63,628 nucleotides of DNA from assembly GCF_001194135.2 (NCBI RefSeq), contig NC_068982.1, forward strand, positions 75,011,518 to 75,075,145, given 5' to 3'. The notes under the pieces are model-generated. The model was not told the DNA's origin and did not search any database. It saw only the letters and a program-made list of their open reading frames with translations. The position numbers and the translations under genes are program-made. This DNA comes from Octopus bimaculoides. Lineage: Eukaryota. Position 1 is the first letter of the stretch. Every line of letters begins with the position of its first letter. Shown here piece after piece: positions 14,331-28,606 of the stretch.

Positions 14331-14701
14331 AGATTATTAGCGTTTTGTATTTTTATATTGATCACCCTTAAAACATAATAACAGATATAAAAAACTAATT
14401 AAGGATCTTTGTCAAGAGCTACATAGTAAAAACATGAGAGATACATGCACAGTGTATTCTTTTACCCAGAGAGCTATTATTGGCATCCAATGATAAAATG
14501 CTAAATCATGTTTACATAACAATAATCCTCACAGTAATGTTATTGTTTCATAATAAAATTATAATAATAATAAGAATTGATGATGATGATGATAAAGTTT
14601 TTTATTTCCTTTCTTTTTTTCTTTTAAAGAATAGTTTTAAACTTTGGCCTAAGGCCAAAAATTTTATCATGATAATAATGATGATGATAATGAAAAAAAA
14701 A

Positions 14702-14740
<39 letters not shown>

Positions 14741-15014
14741 CATAATCATATAACTATAATTATTACTAAGGCAGTGAGCTGGCAGAATCATTAGCATGCT
14801 GGGCAAAATACTTAGTGGCATTCTGTTTATCAATACGTTCTTAGTTCAAATTCCACCAAGTTTTAACTTAGTCTGTCATCCTTTCAGGGTTGATAAAATA
14901 AATACCAGTTGAACATTGGGAGCAATGTAATCGACTTACCCCATTCCCCAGACTTGCTGGACTTGACAGACGAAATGCTGCTAAGAATTTTGCCTGGTGT
15001 GCAAATAATAATAA

Positions 15015-15343
15015 TAACAACAAGAGCACTCAGAGAGTGCAAGCCTCTGCCAAGGCAACACCAACATCCTCTCAATGATTAGCCAGAGATGATTTTTGGA
15101 ATGAGAATATCTGAAATAAACTCGACTGCTCTCAACAATGAGAATACTAAATATGAACCCGACCGCTCTCAAAAAATTAAGTAAAAAGACAGGAAAAATA
15201 ATCCAGAATCCTTGTCTGGTAACAGGTCGATCCCAAAATCTAATCAGTTCATGCCAATCACAAGGCAAAACATCCCTGAAAGTTTCATTCAAATCCATCC
15301 AGTGGTTCTTGAGATATTTTGTCCACGAACAAACAAACAAACA
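15015..15343 (+). mobile_element. Helentron-associated non-autonomous element (HINE/DINE-1-like), 3' truncated
   Basis: ACAAGAG start; hairpin GCACTC-AGA-GAGTGC (15026-15040); subterminal CCTCTGCCAAGGC; CCATCCAGTGGTTCTTGAGATAT followed by (AAAC)n. Confidence 0.65.
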
Positions 15344-15696
15344 TCCCTAAAGAATGAAAGGCAAAATTTACTTCAGCAGTATTTGAACACAAAATGTAAA
15401 GTGCCAGAAGAAATGCTGCTAATCATTTAGTCCAGTGCACTAATGATTCTGTTAGTTCTCTACCTTAATAATAATAATAATCCTTTTTACTAAAGGCACA
15501 AGGTCTGATATTTGAGGAGAGGGGATTAATCAATTACATCAACCCCAGTGTTTCACTGGTACTTAATTTACTGACTCCGAAAGGATGAAAGGCAAAGCTG
15601 ACTTCAGCAGAATTTGAACTCAGAATGTAATGTTGGATGAAATGCCACTAAGCGTTTTGCTTGGCATGCTAATGCCAGCTCGCTGCCTTAATAATA

Positions 15697-15742
<46 letters not shown>

Positions 15743-15780
15743 AATTAACAGAATGTGTGTGTGTATAAATTAACAGAAAA

Positions 15781-17535
15781 ATCTAAGGCTGTGAAAGATT
15801 TCAGAACATTTATAAATAGGTCTTATAGAAAAAGCTAGATCTAAAACTAGTGCATTAACGAGTAAAGTGTTAAGAAGAATGCCAAATGGGAAGGGCCCAA
15901 GTCCAGATTTAGTTCAAGGGTATTAGTTAAAAATTTTAGAAACTTACATGGGAAACTGAGAGAACAGCTTCAGGGTTGCCCAAATGGAGGAGTTATACCT
16001 AATGAAATGACCAGAGGGAGAACAGTATTCCTTATGAAAGACAAAAGCAAAGGCAATATATAGCTAGTAATTATAGACCAATCACTTGCTTACTGTTAGT
16101 GTAGAAACTTTTAATAGTGATGCTTTCAGAAATTTATGAGCATCTTGACAGTTAGAATTTACTTCTAGAAATCTAGACAGAAGAACTAGGAAGGAATTCC
16201 ATATGAAGGGAGCATCTTAGTGCAGGAGTTGCTGAGACCCCCTTCGGTCATGACTGACCATGGGATTGCACCTAGAAAGTTACGCTCTGAGGTACAAGTC
16301 CGGGCAAGGTTGTTTATGGAAGACCAGCAGTTGCCCATGCATACCGGTCTCCCTTCTCCACACCACCAGTGTTATCCAAGGGAAAAGCAAAGGCCGATAC
16401 AGCTTGGCACCTGTGATGTCGCAGCTCATTTCTACAGCTGAGTGAACTGGAGCAACATGAAATAAAGTGTCTTGCTCAAGAACACAACATGCAGCCCAGT
16501 CCAGGATTCAAACTGACAACCTCAAGATCATAAGCTCAACGCTCTAACCACTAGTGCAGGAGTAGTAATATTGTATTTATTTAGAAAGGAAGGTGGTAGA
16601 GATTAACTAGATAGAGTAGAAATAGCTTCCTATGCAATGAGAAAATTTTATTAACAGTTGCTAGTGTAACAGTAGGAGATAGGAAAATCAAAAAAGCCAA
16701 ATGTAGTTAAAAAGAAGCAAGATTATCTGACTGGAAAAAGAAAGCTTTGCATAGTAGATTTTCAAAGATAGTCTCAGAAAATAGTAATAGTGAGACATGG
16801 TTGTGGTTACAGACAGGAAAACTGAAAAGGGCAATAAAAAGTTTGTTAGTAGCAGCAGCAGATCAGGCATTGAGGACTAACGGGATAAAAGCCAAGATAG
16901 AAAAAAATCAAGTAGATTCCTAATGTAGGTTATGTAAACCAAAGGAAGAAAGCAGTGCTCATATAATTAGTGAATGTAATGTGCTGGAACCAAAGGAAAA
17001 TAAGAAAAGATATGACAACCAAGGGAGAATAATCAACTGGGAGTTATGTAGAAAGCTAGGATTTGACCATACTAATAAGTGGTATGAACATGAAGCTAAT
17101 GCTAGAATGTAAGAAGTATAAAATGGTGTGGGATTTTAACATTCAGGCTGACAGCATAATAAAAGCCTGAAGGCCTGATTTAGTAGTAATAGACAAAGAG
17201 AATGGAAATTGCCAAGTAATTGACTTTACAGTCCCAAATGATGAGAAAGTCAATATGAGATGTATAGAGAAAATAGCAAGGACCCAGGACCTAGCCATTG
17301 AGTTACAGAGGCTATGGAAGGTATGGATAAAATGTATCCCTGTAGTTATAGATTTGAACAGATGGACAGAGGAAATAGATATACAACCTAGTTTAGAGCA
17401 GCTCCAGAAAACAGTATTATTAGGGACAGCTAAGATACTTAGGAAGATTCTTGGCATCTAAGGTTACTTGTAGTCCGGTGTTAGGAATTAGGAATTTTTC
17501 TTCTCCAACAGTTTAATCTGCCTGCGTAAATGAAA
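15781..17535 (+). mobile_element. R4/Dong-clade non-LTR retrotransposon relic (RT N-terminus, CCHC knuckle, restriction-like endonuclease), interrupted by a SINE at 16190-16553
   Basis: KGPSPDLVQGY...GRTVFLMKDKSKGN..SNYRPITCL; AAADQALRTN; CRLCKPKEESSAHIISEC; RPDLVVIDK...VIDFTVPND; LQKTVLLGTAKILRKILGI. Many stops. Confidence 0.85.
16190..16553 (-). mobile_element. CORE-type tRNA SINE
   Basis: MIR-core-like TTGAGCAAGACACTTTATTTCATGTTGCTCCAGTTCACTCAGCTG. Relatives at about 38600-38775 (+), 55325-55560 (+) and 51790-51950 (-). Tail-only copy at 31338-31430. Confidence 0.7.
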
Positions 17536-19337
17536 TAACTTAAGCCAGTATGCTAACCACGATGATGATTTCTTTTATTGCTCACAAGGGACCAAGACAC
17601 GGAAAACAATACAAGGATGAAAAGCAAACATACAAAAATGGAGTTGACTGAATTAAAAAATGTGATTAAAAAACACCTGGCATAAAGCCACCTCATCAGT
17701 GGAAGGGATTTTCCCTTCATCCTGCAAGTTAGTTAGCCACCTCACTAATGCTGGCATCATGATAAAAGCACTTCATACACTCTATAAAGTGACCAGCATT
17801 AGGAAGGACATCCAACCATAGAAACTATGCCAAAGTAAACATTGGAGCTTGACACAGCCCTCTGGTGAGCTGAATCCTGTGAAACCATCTAACCCATGCC
17901 AACATGGAAGACAGACCTTAAATTTTGGTGATGATGCTGGAAAGGATACTGCTGCTGCTGCTACTGATGACGAGGAGGAGGAGGAGGAGACAGTGCTAAT
18001 AACAATGATGATACTTCTTTTATTGATTTCCAAAGGGATGTGAAGCAAATTCACCCCCTGATGGGATTGCTTTTCACCAAGGATCAATAAGGACAATGAT
18101 AATATTAAGAAGAGCAACACCAACAATAACAATAACAACAACAACAACAACAGTTAACAGCAGCAGCAACAACAACAACAAGAATATGGCAGTTATTCAA
18201 CTGCCAAGTATTCAATGCTATCAGACTTGAAATAGTTTATAGAATTTATTTTTGAACCTAAACCACTGTTGAAGATACAATAATATATAAATAAAATACA
18301 ATACAGTAAGAGGAGAAAACACACATATATAGACATATACTTTATATATACACAAGACATATTTACACACATACATAAACTCACGTATATATATACACAA
18401 GTCACACACACACACATACATATACATCAAATATACACAAAGCATACTCAGACACATACATTATATATACACAAGACAGTCTTACATACACATATATACA
18501 TCATATTTACACAAGACTTACATACATACATGCATGCATATGCTCATGCATATATACACACAAATCAATGATTATGAATGATAAAGTGAAATAGACTTTT
18601 TCTAGATTTTTTTCTCTTGTTTTTTTTTTTTCTTATATTATATAAAGTTATATTCACAAAGATGAGTGGATAAATTAGAGTAATATCTGGGAGGGTGGAA
18701 TTAGAATGTTGGGACTGGTTACAACCTCTGTGATAATGGCATCTAAAATGGTAACTAAACTACTGAGAGAGAACAGATGGATGGGAGGGTGGGGCAGAAA
18801 GAGAGAGAGAAACAGACGAACAGAGTGAGACAGACAGACAGAGACAGGGTAGAGAAGGAAGAGGTAAAGGAGACAAAGAAAGTTCAAAGAGGGTTTTTTT
18901 TTTGTATATTTAACTAGGTGTACCTGTGTACAGATCTCTGTGTGTGGGGGGGATAGATGTGTGTGAGAGAGAAAGAGCATAAAAGGAAGGGGAATGAGAG
19001 AGAAAAGGCAGGTAAAAGAGATGAAGTGAGTACAGAGAGGGTTTGCTTTTTTTTTTATGTATATTCAACTGTGTGCATATGTGTATGTATTTGTAGCATA
19101 TGTGTCTACGTGTGTGTGTGTGTGTGTGTGTGTAGACATGTGCAAATGAGAAAGACCATAACAAAGATCAATTTATCAAAAATTGACCAGACAAAGTGTT
19201 CTGTGTATGTATGAGGGAATTTGTGTGTGCATGTCTGCATGTGTATATGTGTTTTACATTGTATACTTGTATACATTTATGCAGATCATTAAGTTTACGA
19301 GTAGGATTTTACATCTGTGTTTCATTACATTATGTTT

Positions 19338-19379
<42 letters not shown>

Positions 19380-20175
19380 ATGTGTGTGATAAAAATTTCA
19401 TCATTCTCTCTGAGAACATGAAGTAGAACAGCCTTTTCAGGCTCCACACACACACACACACACTCATAAAATATGAGAGAGTCATGGCTGGGTTGGGGTG
19501 GGGGTTAGTTAATATGGTTTCATTCTGAAAAATTCCTTTGTCAAAAAGGTAAGCTGGTTTAACAGGTAGTCCAGAGCAGAACATTAAACTACATCCAATG
19601 GTGAAGTACCAGTTTGGGAGATCAAGAATTTAGAGGAGAAGGGGGACATCCCTCAATCACCATTACTCACAAGTCCACACTGGCCCAAGGTGGTAGTACT
19701 TGTCAAGGGCTATATTTAGAAGTCAAATAGTTGATGGTCCTGTAGCAAAAGCATACAGAACTCAAAGGAGGGCCACTGATGTGTGAGCATGCCCTTATGT
19801 GACATGTGTCCTTCTAAGGGTTTAGATCCTTTGCTTGAAGGATAAATACTGGAGAATGGCAGACTTAACTGTAAATAAATAAGAAGGCAATGGGAAAACA
19901 CTGCTGTGTGTTTCCCCAAGAGAAATCATGAATCCTTGGATTTTGGCATGGTGGTGCAGATGTGACTGAGTGGTTAAGAAGTTTACTTCCCAACCACATG
20001 GTTATAGGTTCAATCCCACTAAGTGACATCTCGGGTAAGTGTTTTCTACTATAACCCCAGGCTTTGGTCAGCCTGGGGTTATAGTAATGGATCTGGTAGA
20101 TGGAAACTGAAAGAAGCTTGGGACATATGTATATCTATATATGTATGTATGTATCCCTATGTATGTATCCCTATG

Positions 20176-20213
<38 letters not shown>

Positions 20214-20694
20214 CGTATGTGTGTGTGAGCATGTGTGTGTGTGGTGTGTATGCTTATGTCTCCTTGTCTTGACACCAAGTGATTGTTATAAATGAATGTC
20301 ATTCATTTCCAATATTCTGCAGAAGCATGTTCGGCCATGGGGAAATATTACCTTGCTGGGAAACAAGTAAGGGTTGGTGACAGGAAGGGTTTCCAGTTAT
20401 AGAAAATCTGCCTCCAGATTCTATCATGCATGAAAAGTGAGCATTAAATGATGATGGTGATGATGTCCATGAGCATCAATGCCTGTAGGCATGGAACATG
20501 AAAAGTGAGAGAGAGGGGAAGATCTATCATAATAATAAATTAAACTCATACGTAAACATATGAAAACTTCAAGATGGTGTAGAGAAGGTGGGAGAAATGG
20601 CAGAGTGCTTTTCTACATACCTTGTGGTGTTTAGTTCTATTTTCTTTACATTCAAACCTTGTTGTGGTTGAATTTGCCCCAAAATACAAGCAGC

Positions 20695-21050
20695 CAAAAT
20701 GGGGTTCGCAACCCCCATAAAAAGAATCTCTGGAGTAATGTTACCCAATAGGGTGTATAGCTTGGAGATCTGGGAGTCTCTTCAGGTCAAGCTGCTATTT
20801 CTCTGCACTGAGAGATAACAGTTCCAGTACTATGGACATGTAATTAGAATGTCACAAGAAAAAATCACACATGGATTCTTCAAGCCAAACCAACCAGCAT
20901 GAGACCTAGGGCTAGACCAAAAACAAGGTGGTTGGATAATATCCACAGTTGGTTATGCTTGGGAATACAGCCAGGAAAGTGTAATGACAGTTGCTTCTGA
21001 CAGAACTCTATGGAGGAGGGGCCTGAGGACCCTATACTCATGACCCTTTT
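20695..21050 (+). mobile_element. Decayed RTE-like LINE C-terminus (different family)
   Basis: Degenerate RISGV...QYYGHVIRM...RPRARPKTRWLDNI-like translation across frames. Confidence 0.6.
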
Positions 21051-21229
21051 AGGAATAAAGGATGGAGAATATGGATGGGTTGTCTCACTAAGTGACATCT
21101 TGGTTAAATGTTTTCTACTATAATCCCAGGCTGACTAAAGCCTGAAGTTATAGTAGTGGATCTGGTAGATGGAAACTGAAAGAGGCCTGTCACATATGTA
21201 TATTTGGATAGATGATGAACTGGTAAAAT

Positions 21230-21312
21230 TTGGTGCTACAGACTAGACAAACTAGGGTTGGTGCTACAGACTAGACAAACTAGGGTTGGTGCTACAGACT
21301 AGACAAACTAGG
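21230..21312 (+). repeat. Perfect triple tandem repeat of a 28-bp unit
   Basis: TTGGTGCTACAGACTAGACAAACTAGGG at 21230, 21258 and 21286. Confidence 0.95.
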
Positions 21313-21689
21313 TGATTGTCTGGGGAGCAAAATTGGTAGTAGGTTGTCACAAATTCTGAACAACTTAAAATTTCTTAATCCAACTAAAAGAACAAAACCT
21401 TAGTAATTAACAGAGCAGGGCAAATCCTTCCCAGAACAGAGGAAAATGGACAAGACTGGAGTGCAGTGAAGAAGACAAGAAGAGACTATGTGTGGTGTTT
21501 AGGACTTATCAAATAATTGAATATCATTTTACATTTTAACAAGCAATACATTTACTTGGTGATACACATGACAACAATACTATAGATTTGTTGTTAGAAA
21601 GTTAATCATAATTTTTACAACTATATTTTTCAATTGGTGTAAGGAAGGAGATGGCTGGAGGAATTTGGAGAATAAATTGATGACAGAGA

Positions 21690-22160
21690 CACATAATGTA
21701 CGGCTGGGAGAAGTGGGTGCACAGTGTAGGGCTAGAAGTGGCTCCACATTGTATGACTTAGAGAAGGTATACATTGTAGGGCTATAAAAGGACTAAGAGA
21801 AGGAAGTGCAAATTGTAGGGCTGGAAGGAGGGAGTGCACAATGTAAGAATGAAAGAAGAGGGTGCATGTTATAGAGCTGAGAGAAGGAGTTGTGCAGTGT
21901 AGGGCTATGAGGAGGTAATGTACATTGTATCATTTGGAGAAGGTATACAATGCATGGCTAGGAAAAAAGGGCTCACACTGTATGACATAGAGAAAGAAGT
22001 GCACATTGTAGGGGTGGAAAAAGGGAGTGCACAATTTATAGAGTTGAGAGGAAGGGGTGCATATTGTAGGGTTAGAGAGGGGGTTGTGCAATGTAGGGAA
22101 GATGATATATTAATACACTGTAGAATTAGGAGAAGAGGGTCCACATTATAGAACTGGATT
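21690..22160 (+). repeat. Degenerate purine-rich minisatellite, unit about 22-26 bp
   Basis: Recurrent GAGAAGG..GTGCACATTGTAGGGCT-like units. Confidence 0.75.
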
Positions 22161-25149
22161 AGGTTGCTGAATATCCTGGGACCAACCCTAATACCAGTAA
22201 TACATTGTGGTCTTTTCAACTAACTACACTACTTATCTAATAATCTGTGACTTCATGCCTAAATTAGAAATTGATCAATAATTTGTGAGTGTCATCTTTT
22301 TATCAATAACTGATATCAAAAACAGACACATGTAAATATTTTGTGCCACCAACATATATTTTTCCATTTTATGAAAGAACACTCCTCTCCCTACTGAATA
22401 TGGTTGTATTTTTGGAATGGTCTTCTTTTATCAATAAACGAGAAGAAAAACAAGATGTGTGCACCAAAGAAACTATGAGGAAGTTATCAATAAGTTCAGT
22501 TTTTAAAGAGCAAAGGAATCGATGAAACTGTCTGTGGATTTCCTGTTGGTCATCAGTTTCCAAAGAGGATAACAATCTTACCACTGTTGAGAGATATAAC
22601 AGAGAGCAGTAAAGAAAACAGCACACACACACACACACAAGAATATACACAAACATGAATATACACAAATATACACAAACACCCATACACAAACAAAGGG
22701 CACCCAAATAAACACACACAAATGCAAGAGCAGACACACTCATAAAAGAACACATGCATAAAAGTACACACACACACACACTCATATACACACAAAAACT
22801 GCAAAAGCAAACACACATACACATTCACAACCACACACAAAAGAGCATGCACACACACACTCACACACACAAACACATAAGAGAAGGCTAAACAAACACA
22901 GACAAACAAGCCAATGAGGAATCTTCAATGTGGTTATTTAACTTGCTAGAAATAAAGCGGAATCTCCCTCTGTCTGAAACAAAGAAGGACAAATTGAATA
23001 AGGTGGTCCACTTCTTGCAAAAAAAAAAAAAAAATCAAACAGGATGGCCACAATTGAAATGCATTTGATTATAAATTTGTTCTATCCAGGCTGCTCTACA
23101 GCTAAATAACAAAAGCAACACAGACAGACCCACATGTTTCTCAAAATTTACTTGGCAGAATCGTTAGCATGCCAGGCAGAATGCTTCATAGCATTTTGTC
23201 TGTCTTTATATTCTGAGTTCAAATTCTGCAGAGGTCATTAAAATAAGTACCAGTCAATTTAATTAACTTGGCCCTTCCCTTGAAATTGGTGGCCCTGTGC
23301 CAAAATCTGAAATCAATATTACCCCTGATGTACCTATGCAACCTTTCCTCTTTATGGCTCTTTTACAGTTCACTCTTCCCTCTTTTTATCTTTTATTTTA
23401 TGTATACTGCATGTATTTCTAGCTTTCATTGCTACCTTTCTTTACTTAACTTATATACTTGCTTTTTGTCCCTTCTTTTAGCCTTTTCTGATGAACCCCA
23501 GAGTTTTTTCATGGAACCCATGGGTTCTATGGAACTTGGTTTCACACATCCTTACCTAGACTATACTTTGTGTATGGGAACTGGAGCTTTTGACCTTTCT
23601 GCCATTGATAGAATATGTATATTTGTGTTAGTTGTATAGAATAAAAATGGTAAAATGAAGAACATGATGAAATTGAATTAAAAAGAGATAAAGAAATGAA
23701 TGTTAACTAATGGGTAGAACTGACTGTAATGATGGAAATGTAAAGTGTAGAGTTGGAAGAAGAAAACAATGAAGATGAGGAAGAGGTGGAAGATGAGTGG
23801 AAAATATGAAAAGAATAAAAGAAAAGACAGAAGGAAAGATCACAAAAAGGTAAGCGTAAAAACAAATATTTTTAAATGAATAACAAAAAAACAATAAATG
23901 AACAAACAAGAAAAAAGAATTTAGAGAATGGAAAACAAGTAAAGAAGAGAGTGTGATGAAAGGAAAGAGAAAAAAAGGGGAGGATGAATAACCAAGAAGA
24001 CCTGAGAGAAAGAGAAAGCAAAAAAAAGAAAGGGAACTAATGAAAAATGGAAAAAGCAGAATGGAGGGGAGGGGAAGGGATTGGGATAGGAACAAAAGAA
24101 CAGGTTAGTGTTTATATTTTTATTTTTAATTAAAAATTTAAAATTTAAACAAAAAAATATGAAAGATGTTGAATTAAGAATTAATTGAAAAGACAAAACA
24201 CTAATCAGGAAGTGAAAAAGTTTTTCAATGATTTATATTCCATATTGGAAACATGGCATTGGGTTGGAATGAGTTTTGATTGCATCATAATCATCATCAT
24301 CATCATTATTATCATCATTCTAACATCCACTTTTCCATACTTGCAAGGCTCAGACAGAATTCATTGAGGCAGATTTTCTACATCTGGATGCTCTTCTTGT
24401 TACCAACCCTCACTTGTTTCCAAGCAAAGTAATATACCCCTTGCTCCTTCAGACACAAACAGCTCAATGGGTTTGGTGTGTGTGTCTTTATAGATTTCAT
24501 TTACTCAATTCACTGGTTAGCCCAGGCTATAGTAGAAGATACTTGCCGAAGGAACCTATATACCATCATCGTAATTTTTAACATTCGTTTCCTATATTGG
24601 CATGGATTGGATGGTTTGACAAAATCCAACAGGTCAGAGGACTGTGATGGTGGTGGTGGTGGTGGTGGTGGTGGTGATGTTTATGGAAATCAACAATGGA
24701 ACAACTACAGTAGGTTTGAACTCAGGAGGGACAGCAATACTCATAACCATTTACAGGACCTCGAAGACTGGTGCTGAGGGAGAAAGTTATCCTCAGGGTT
24801 CCACTAGAGGTAGCCAAGGGAACAAGGTGGTCATGTAAAACCAAATGACAGATTAATTCAACCACTCCAGTAGGCCATGGTGGGATTTGAACTCAGAACA
24901 CAAACAGCCAGATCAAACACCACAAGGTATCGGTCTGATTTTCTTACAATTTCACAATTCACCACTCTGGATTAGTTCATTTTTTTTTGTTTTCTTATAT
25001 ATATAGAAACCCCTAAAGGATGGAAGGCACTGGATGAGTTGATTGTCCAATACCCTTTTTTTTTTCAACCATTTGCTTCACTTCTACAACTCTTCTGAAT
25101 AGGAAGCAGTGGTGGTGGTGGTGGTGGTGGTGGCAGCAGCAGTAATGGC

Positions 25150-25760
25150 TAAACATTTTGCCCAGTATGCTAACGATTCTGCTAGCTCATCACCTAATAA
25201 TAATAACAATGATAATAGCTTCAAATTTTGGCACAAGGCCAGCAATTTCAGAGGATTTCAGATTACGTCAACCCTAGTGCTTAACTGGTCCTTATTTTAT
25301 CAATCCCTGAAAGGATGAAAGGCAAAGTTAACCCTGACAGAATTTGAACTGAAATAATAATAATAATAATAATTTCAAATATTGGCACAAAGCCAGTAAC
25401 TACGGGGGAGGGAGTAAGTTGATTACATTGACTACAGTGTTCAACTGGTATTTATTCTATTGACCCTGAAAGGATGAATAGCAAAGTCCACCTTGACAGA
25501 ATTTGAACTTGGAACATGAGGATGGATGAGATGCCACTAAGCATTTTGTCCAGTGCATTAATAATTCTGAAATTTTGGGGGCGGGGCAAGTTGATTACAT
25601 TTCCCCAAGTGTTTCACTGGCATTTAATTTATCGACCTGAAAGGATGAAAGGCAAAGTTGACCTCAGTGGAATTTGAACTCAGAACATAAAGATGGACAA
25701 AATGCCGCAAAGCATTTTGCCTGGTGCACAAAAATTCTACCAGCTCACCATCTTAATAAT
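25150..25760 (-). mobile_element. Tandem cluster of family C SINE copies
   Basis: Three units. Similar pairs at 12720-13200, 15350-15690, 42650-42960 and 43680-44170. Confidence 0.8.
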
Positions 25761-26459
25761 AACAACAACAACAACAACAACAATAATGATGATGGTGAGC
25801 TTATTGTATGCAGTGCTTAGGTGCACCACATCTCATTGGAAAAGGTTAAAAGAAGGGACATAAAGCAGGCATATAAGTTGAGTAAAGAAAGACAACAATG
25901 AAAGCTCGATGTACATGTGCCGTACACAGAATAAGAATTAAAAAGACAGAAAACTGAACAATAAAATGTAGCAGCAGTAATAGCAGTAGTTGTAAAAGAC
26001 AAGAAAATGCACCAAATGACAAAGAGCGTAAATTGAGTGCATTAGCAATGCACTATATAGTGCAGCAACAGTCAATATATTAGACAACAAGCTGCTGTTT
26101 CCAAATCTATTGCAAAACCTCAAATCTCAAGAATCTTGAAGGAGAGAAACTTATGCATTCAATGAAATGCATAGATATATAAATTAGCAGTACAGCTATG
26201 AATATATGTATGTACAAGGAAGCTTGCAATTACACACTGTAACCTTTACATTGAGGTCGCCAACTGATAAACAGTTCATGTATGTGTATATATATAGGCA
26301 TACACATATATAAGAATTATGTATGTATATGCACATAATAGCAAGTATTTTCACATACACATATCCGTCTGGGTGCATAGCCAAATAGAAATCAATGCTA
26401 TGTATATATGAAGCATATATACATACAGACACACACATTTGTAAGTATGAATCTATGTC

Positions 26460-26494
<35 letters not shown>

Positions 26495-26844
26495 AAATTA
26501 ATTGTGGCCAGACATAGCTTCTTTTTTAACTTGTCACCCTCTGGAATACTATGTACATACATGTATGTATGTATCTGTGTGTGTATACATGCACACATAT
26601 ATGTACACATATATATTTACATACAGTTATATGTACATACACAGATACATGCAGAAATACACACACATATAAATTAAAATATCCTTTGTATTATGGAAGT
26701 GATATATTCCTGAAAATCTTGCCGTAATGCAAAATTTCGTAATGCGAAATTAATTTTCCAATTGATTTTTATATTATATAATTATAAGATGTATTTTCAT
26801 GGATTTTGGGAGAAAAACGGGAAAAAAACCCGAAAGCAACTTCA

Positions 26845-26890
<46 letters not shown>

Positions 26891-27713
26891 GTATGTATAC
26901 ACACACACATTAGTGGTAACAAATAGAAGAAATATATTCCAATAACAGAGGATAGAGTTAAATAATTTATTAAGTAAGATACTGTCAGGATGACATGTTG
27001 GTACCTGAGGTTTCTTACTAACAGAAAAAAATCTTGACTCATTCAATCAGCTGACAAAATCTGACAACCAAATATTATTGGTTGAATGACTGCAATAGAT
27101 TTTTTTCCAAGCTTTTCTGCAAATAGAAAACCTTGGGTGCCAACATGTTATATCTATATATATATAAATATATATATATATAAGTTCGTTTACAGGAAAC
27201 GTTTTTGAATATGCATATAAAAGCCTCTATTTTATTATGCTAGCTACAGAATCATGATACCAACTGGCAATAGCAGTTTTATAGGGTTGCACCAAGCCGC
27301 GCTGATATAATGTAGGATAAATATAGTAATAATAATAATAATCCATGGATGGAATTTATAAATATTTTAATGCATCACTATGTGCATTCCCACAAATCAT
27401 GTTTCTTAGGATCATAGTTTGTATTCCTGGGATGATTACAGTGTGGTTCATAGTACAACATCATTGTTTCAATGTCTGCATCTCTATTCTTGCATGGGTC
27501 AGATAGAATTTGTTGAGGTAGATTTTCTACAGTCTTATGTCCTTCCTGTTGCCAACCCTCAACTGTTTCCAAGCCAGGTAATATTTTTCTATGACCAGAC
27601 ATGTTTCCCAATGAGGAGTGGAAAGAAACAACATCACCTGTATGACAGTGATCACGTGATGTCAAGACAAGGTTACACACAAAAACACACACACACTCTC
27701 TCCCTCACACCTG

Positions 27714-27746
<33 letters not shown>

Positions 27747-27892
27747 ATGCGTGAGTGTGGCTGAATACAATTTGGATAAAAATCTTGTAGTATGTTATGC
27801 AAAGCTTGTCCACACTTATTTGCAAAACCTTTGATGGGTAATATTGATTACACAATATGGTAATTATAACATTGCACTAATGTATGATGTCA

Positions 27893-28005
27893 AAGAGCGT
27901 AGGCTCGAAACGTAAAAGACTTTCTCACTTCCCAAGCATTAAACTAATACATCTGTTTGTTGTTTACACACCCGTTTTTGTCTTATGTTTTTTTTTTGTA
28001 AATTC

Positions 28006-28010
<5 letters not shown>
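27893..28010 (+). mobile_element. Penelope-like tail fragment with the 3' half of a hammerhead
   Basis: GAGC-GTAG-GCTC-GAAAC-GTA-AAAGA. Downstream sequence homologous to 29415-29530. Confidence 0.6.
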
Positions 28011-28044
<34 letters not shown>

Positions 28045-28571
28045 GCACGCACGCNNNNNNNNNNNNNNNNNNNNNNNNNNNNNNNNNNNNNNNNNNNNNN
28101 NNNNNNNNNNNNNNNNNNNNNNNNNNNNNNNNNNNNNNNNNNNNNNNNNNNNNNNNNNNNNNNNNNNNNNNNNNNNNNNNNNNNNNNNNNNNNNNNNNNN
28201 NNNNNNNNNNNNNNNNNNNNNNNNNNNNNNNNNNNNNNNNNNNNNNNNNNNNNNNNNNNNNNNNNNNNNNNNNNNNNNNNNNNNNNNNNNNNNNNNNNNN
28301 NNNNNNNNNNNNNNNNNNNNNNNNNNNNNNNNNNNNNNNNNNNNNNNNNNNNNNNNNNNNNNNNNNNNNNNNNNNNNNNNNNNNNNNNNNNNNNNNNNNN
28401 NNNNNNNNNNNNNNNNNNNNNNNNNNNNNNNNNNNNNNNNNNNNNNNNNNNNNNNNNNNNNNNNNNNNNNNNNNNNNNNNNNNNNNNNNNNNNNNNNNNN
28501 NNNNNNNNNNNNNNNNNNNNNNNNNNNNNNNNNNNNNNNNNNNNNNNNNNNNNNNAAAGACGGTCTCTATC

Positions 28572-28575
28572 TTTA

Positions 28576-28606
<31 letters not shown>

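Noticed and set aside
21230-21312. 28-bp direct repeats as a CRISPR-like array
   Set aside because: Units are contiguous with no spacers, and the context is eukaryotic.
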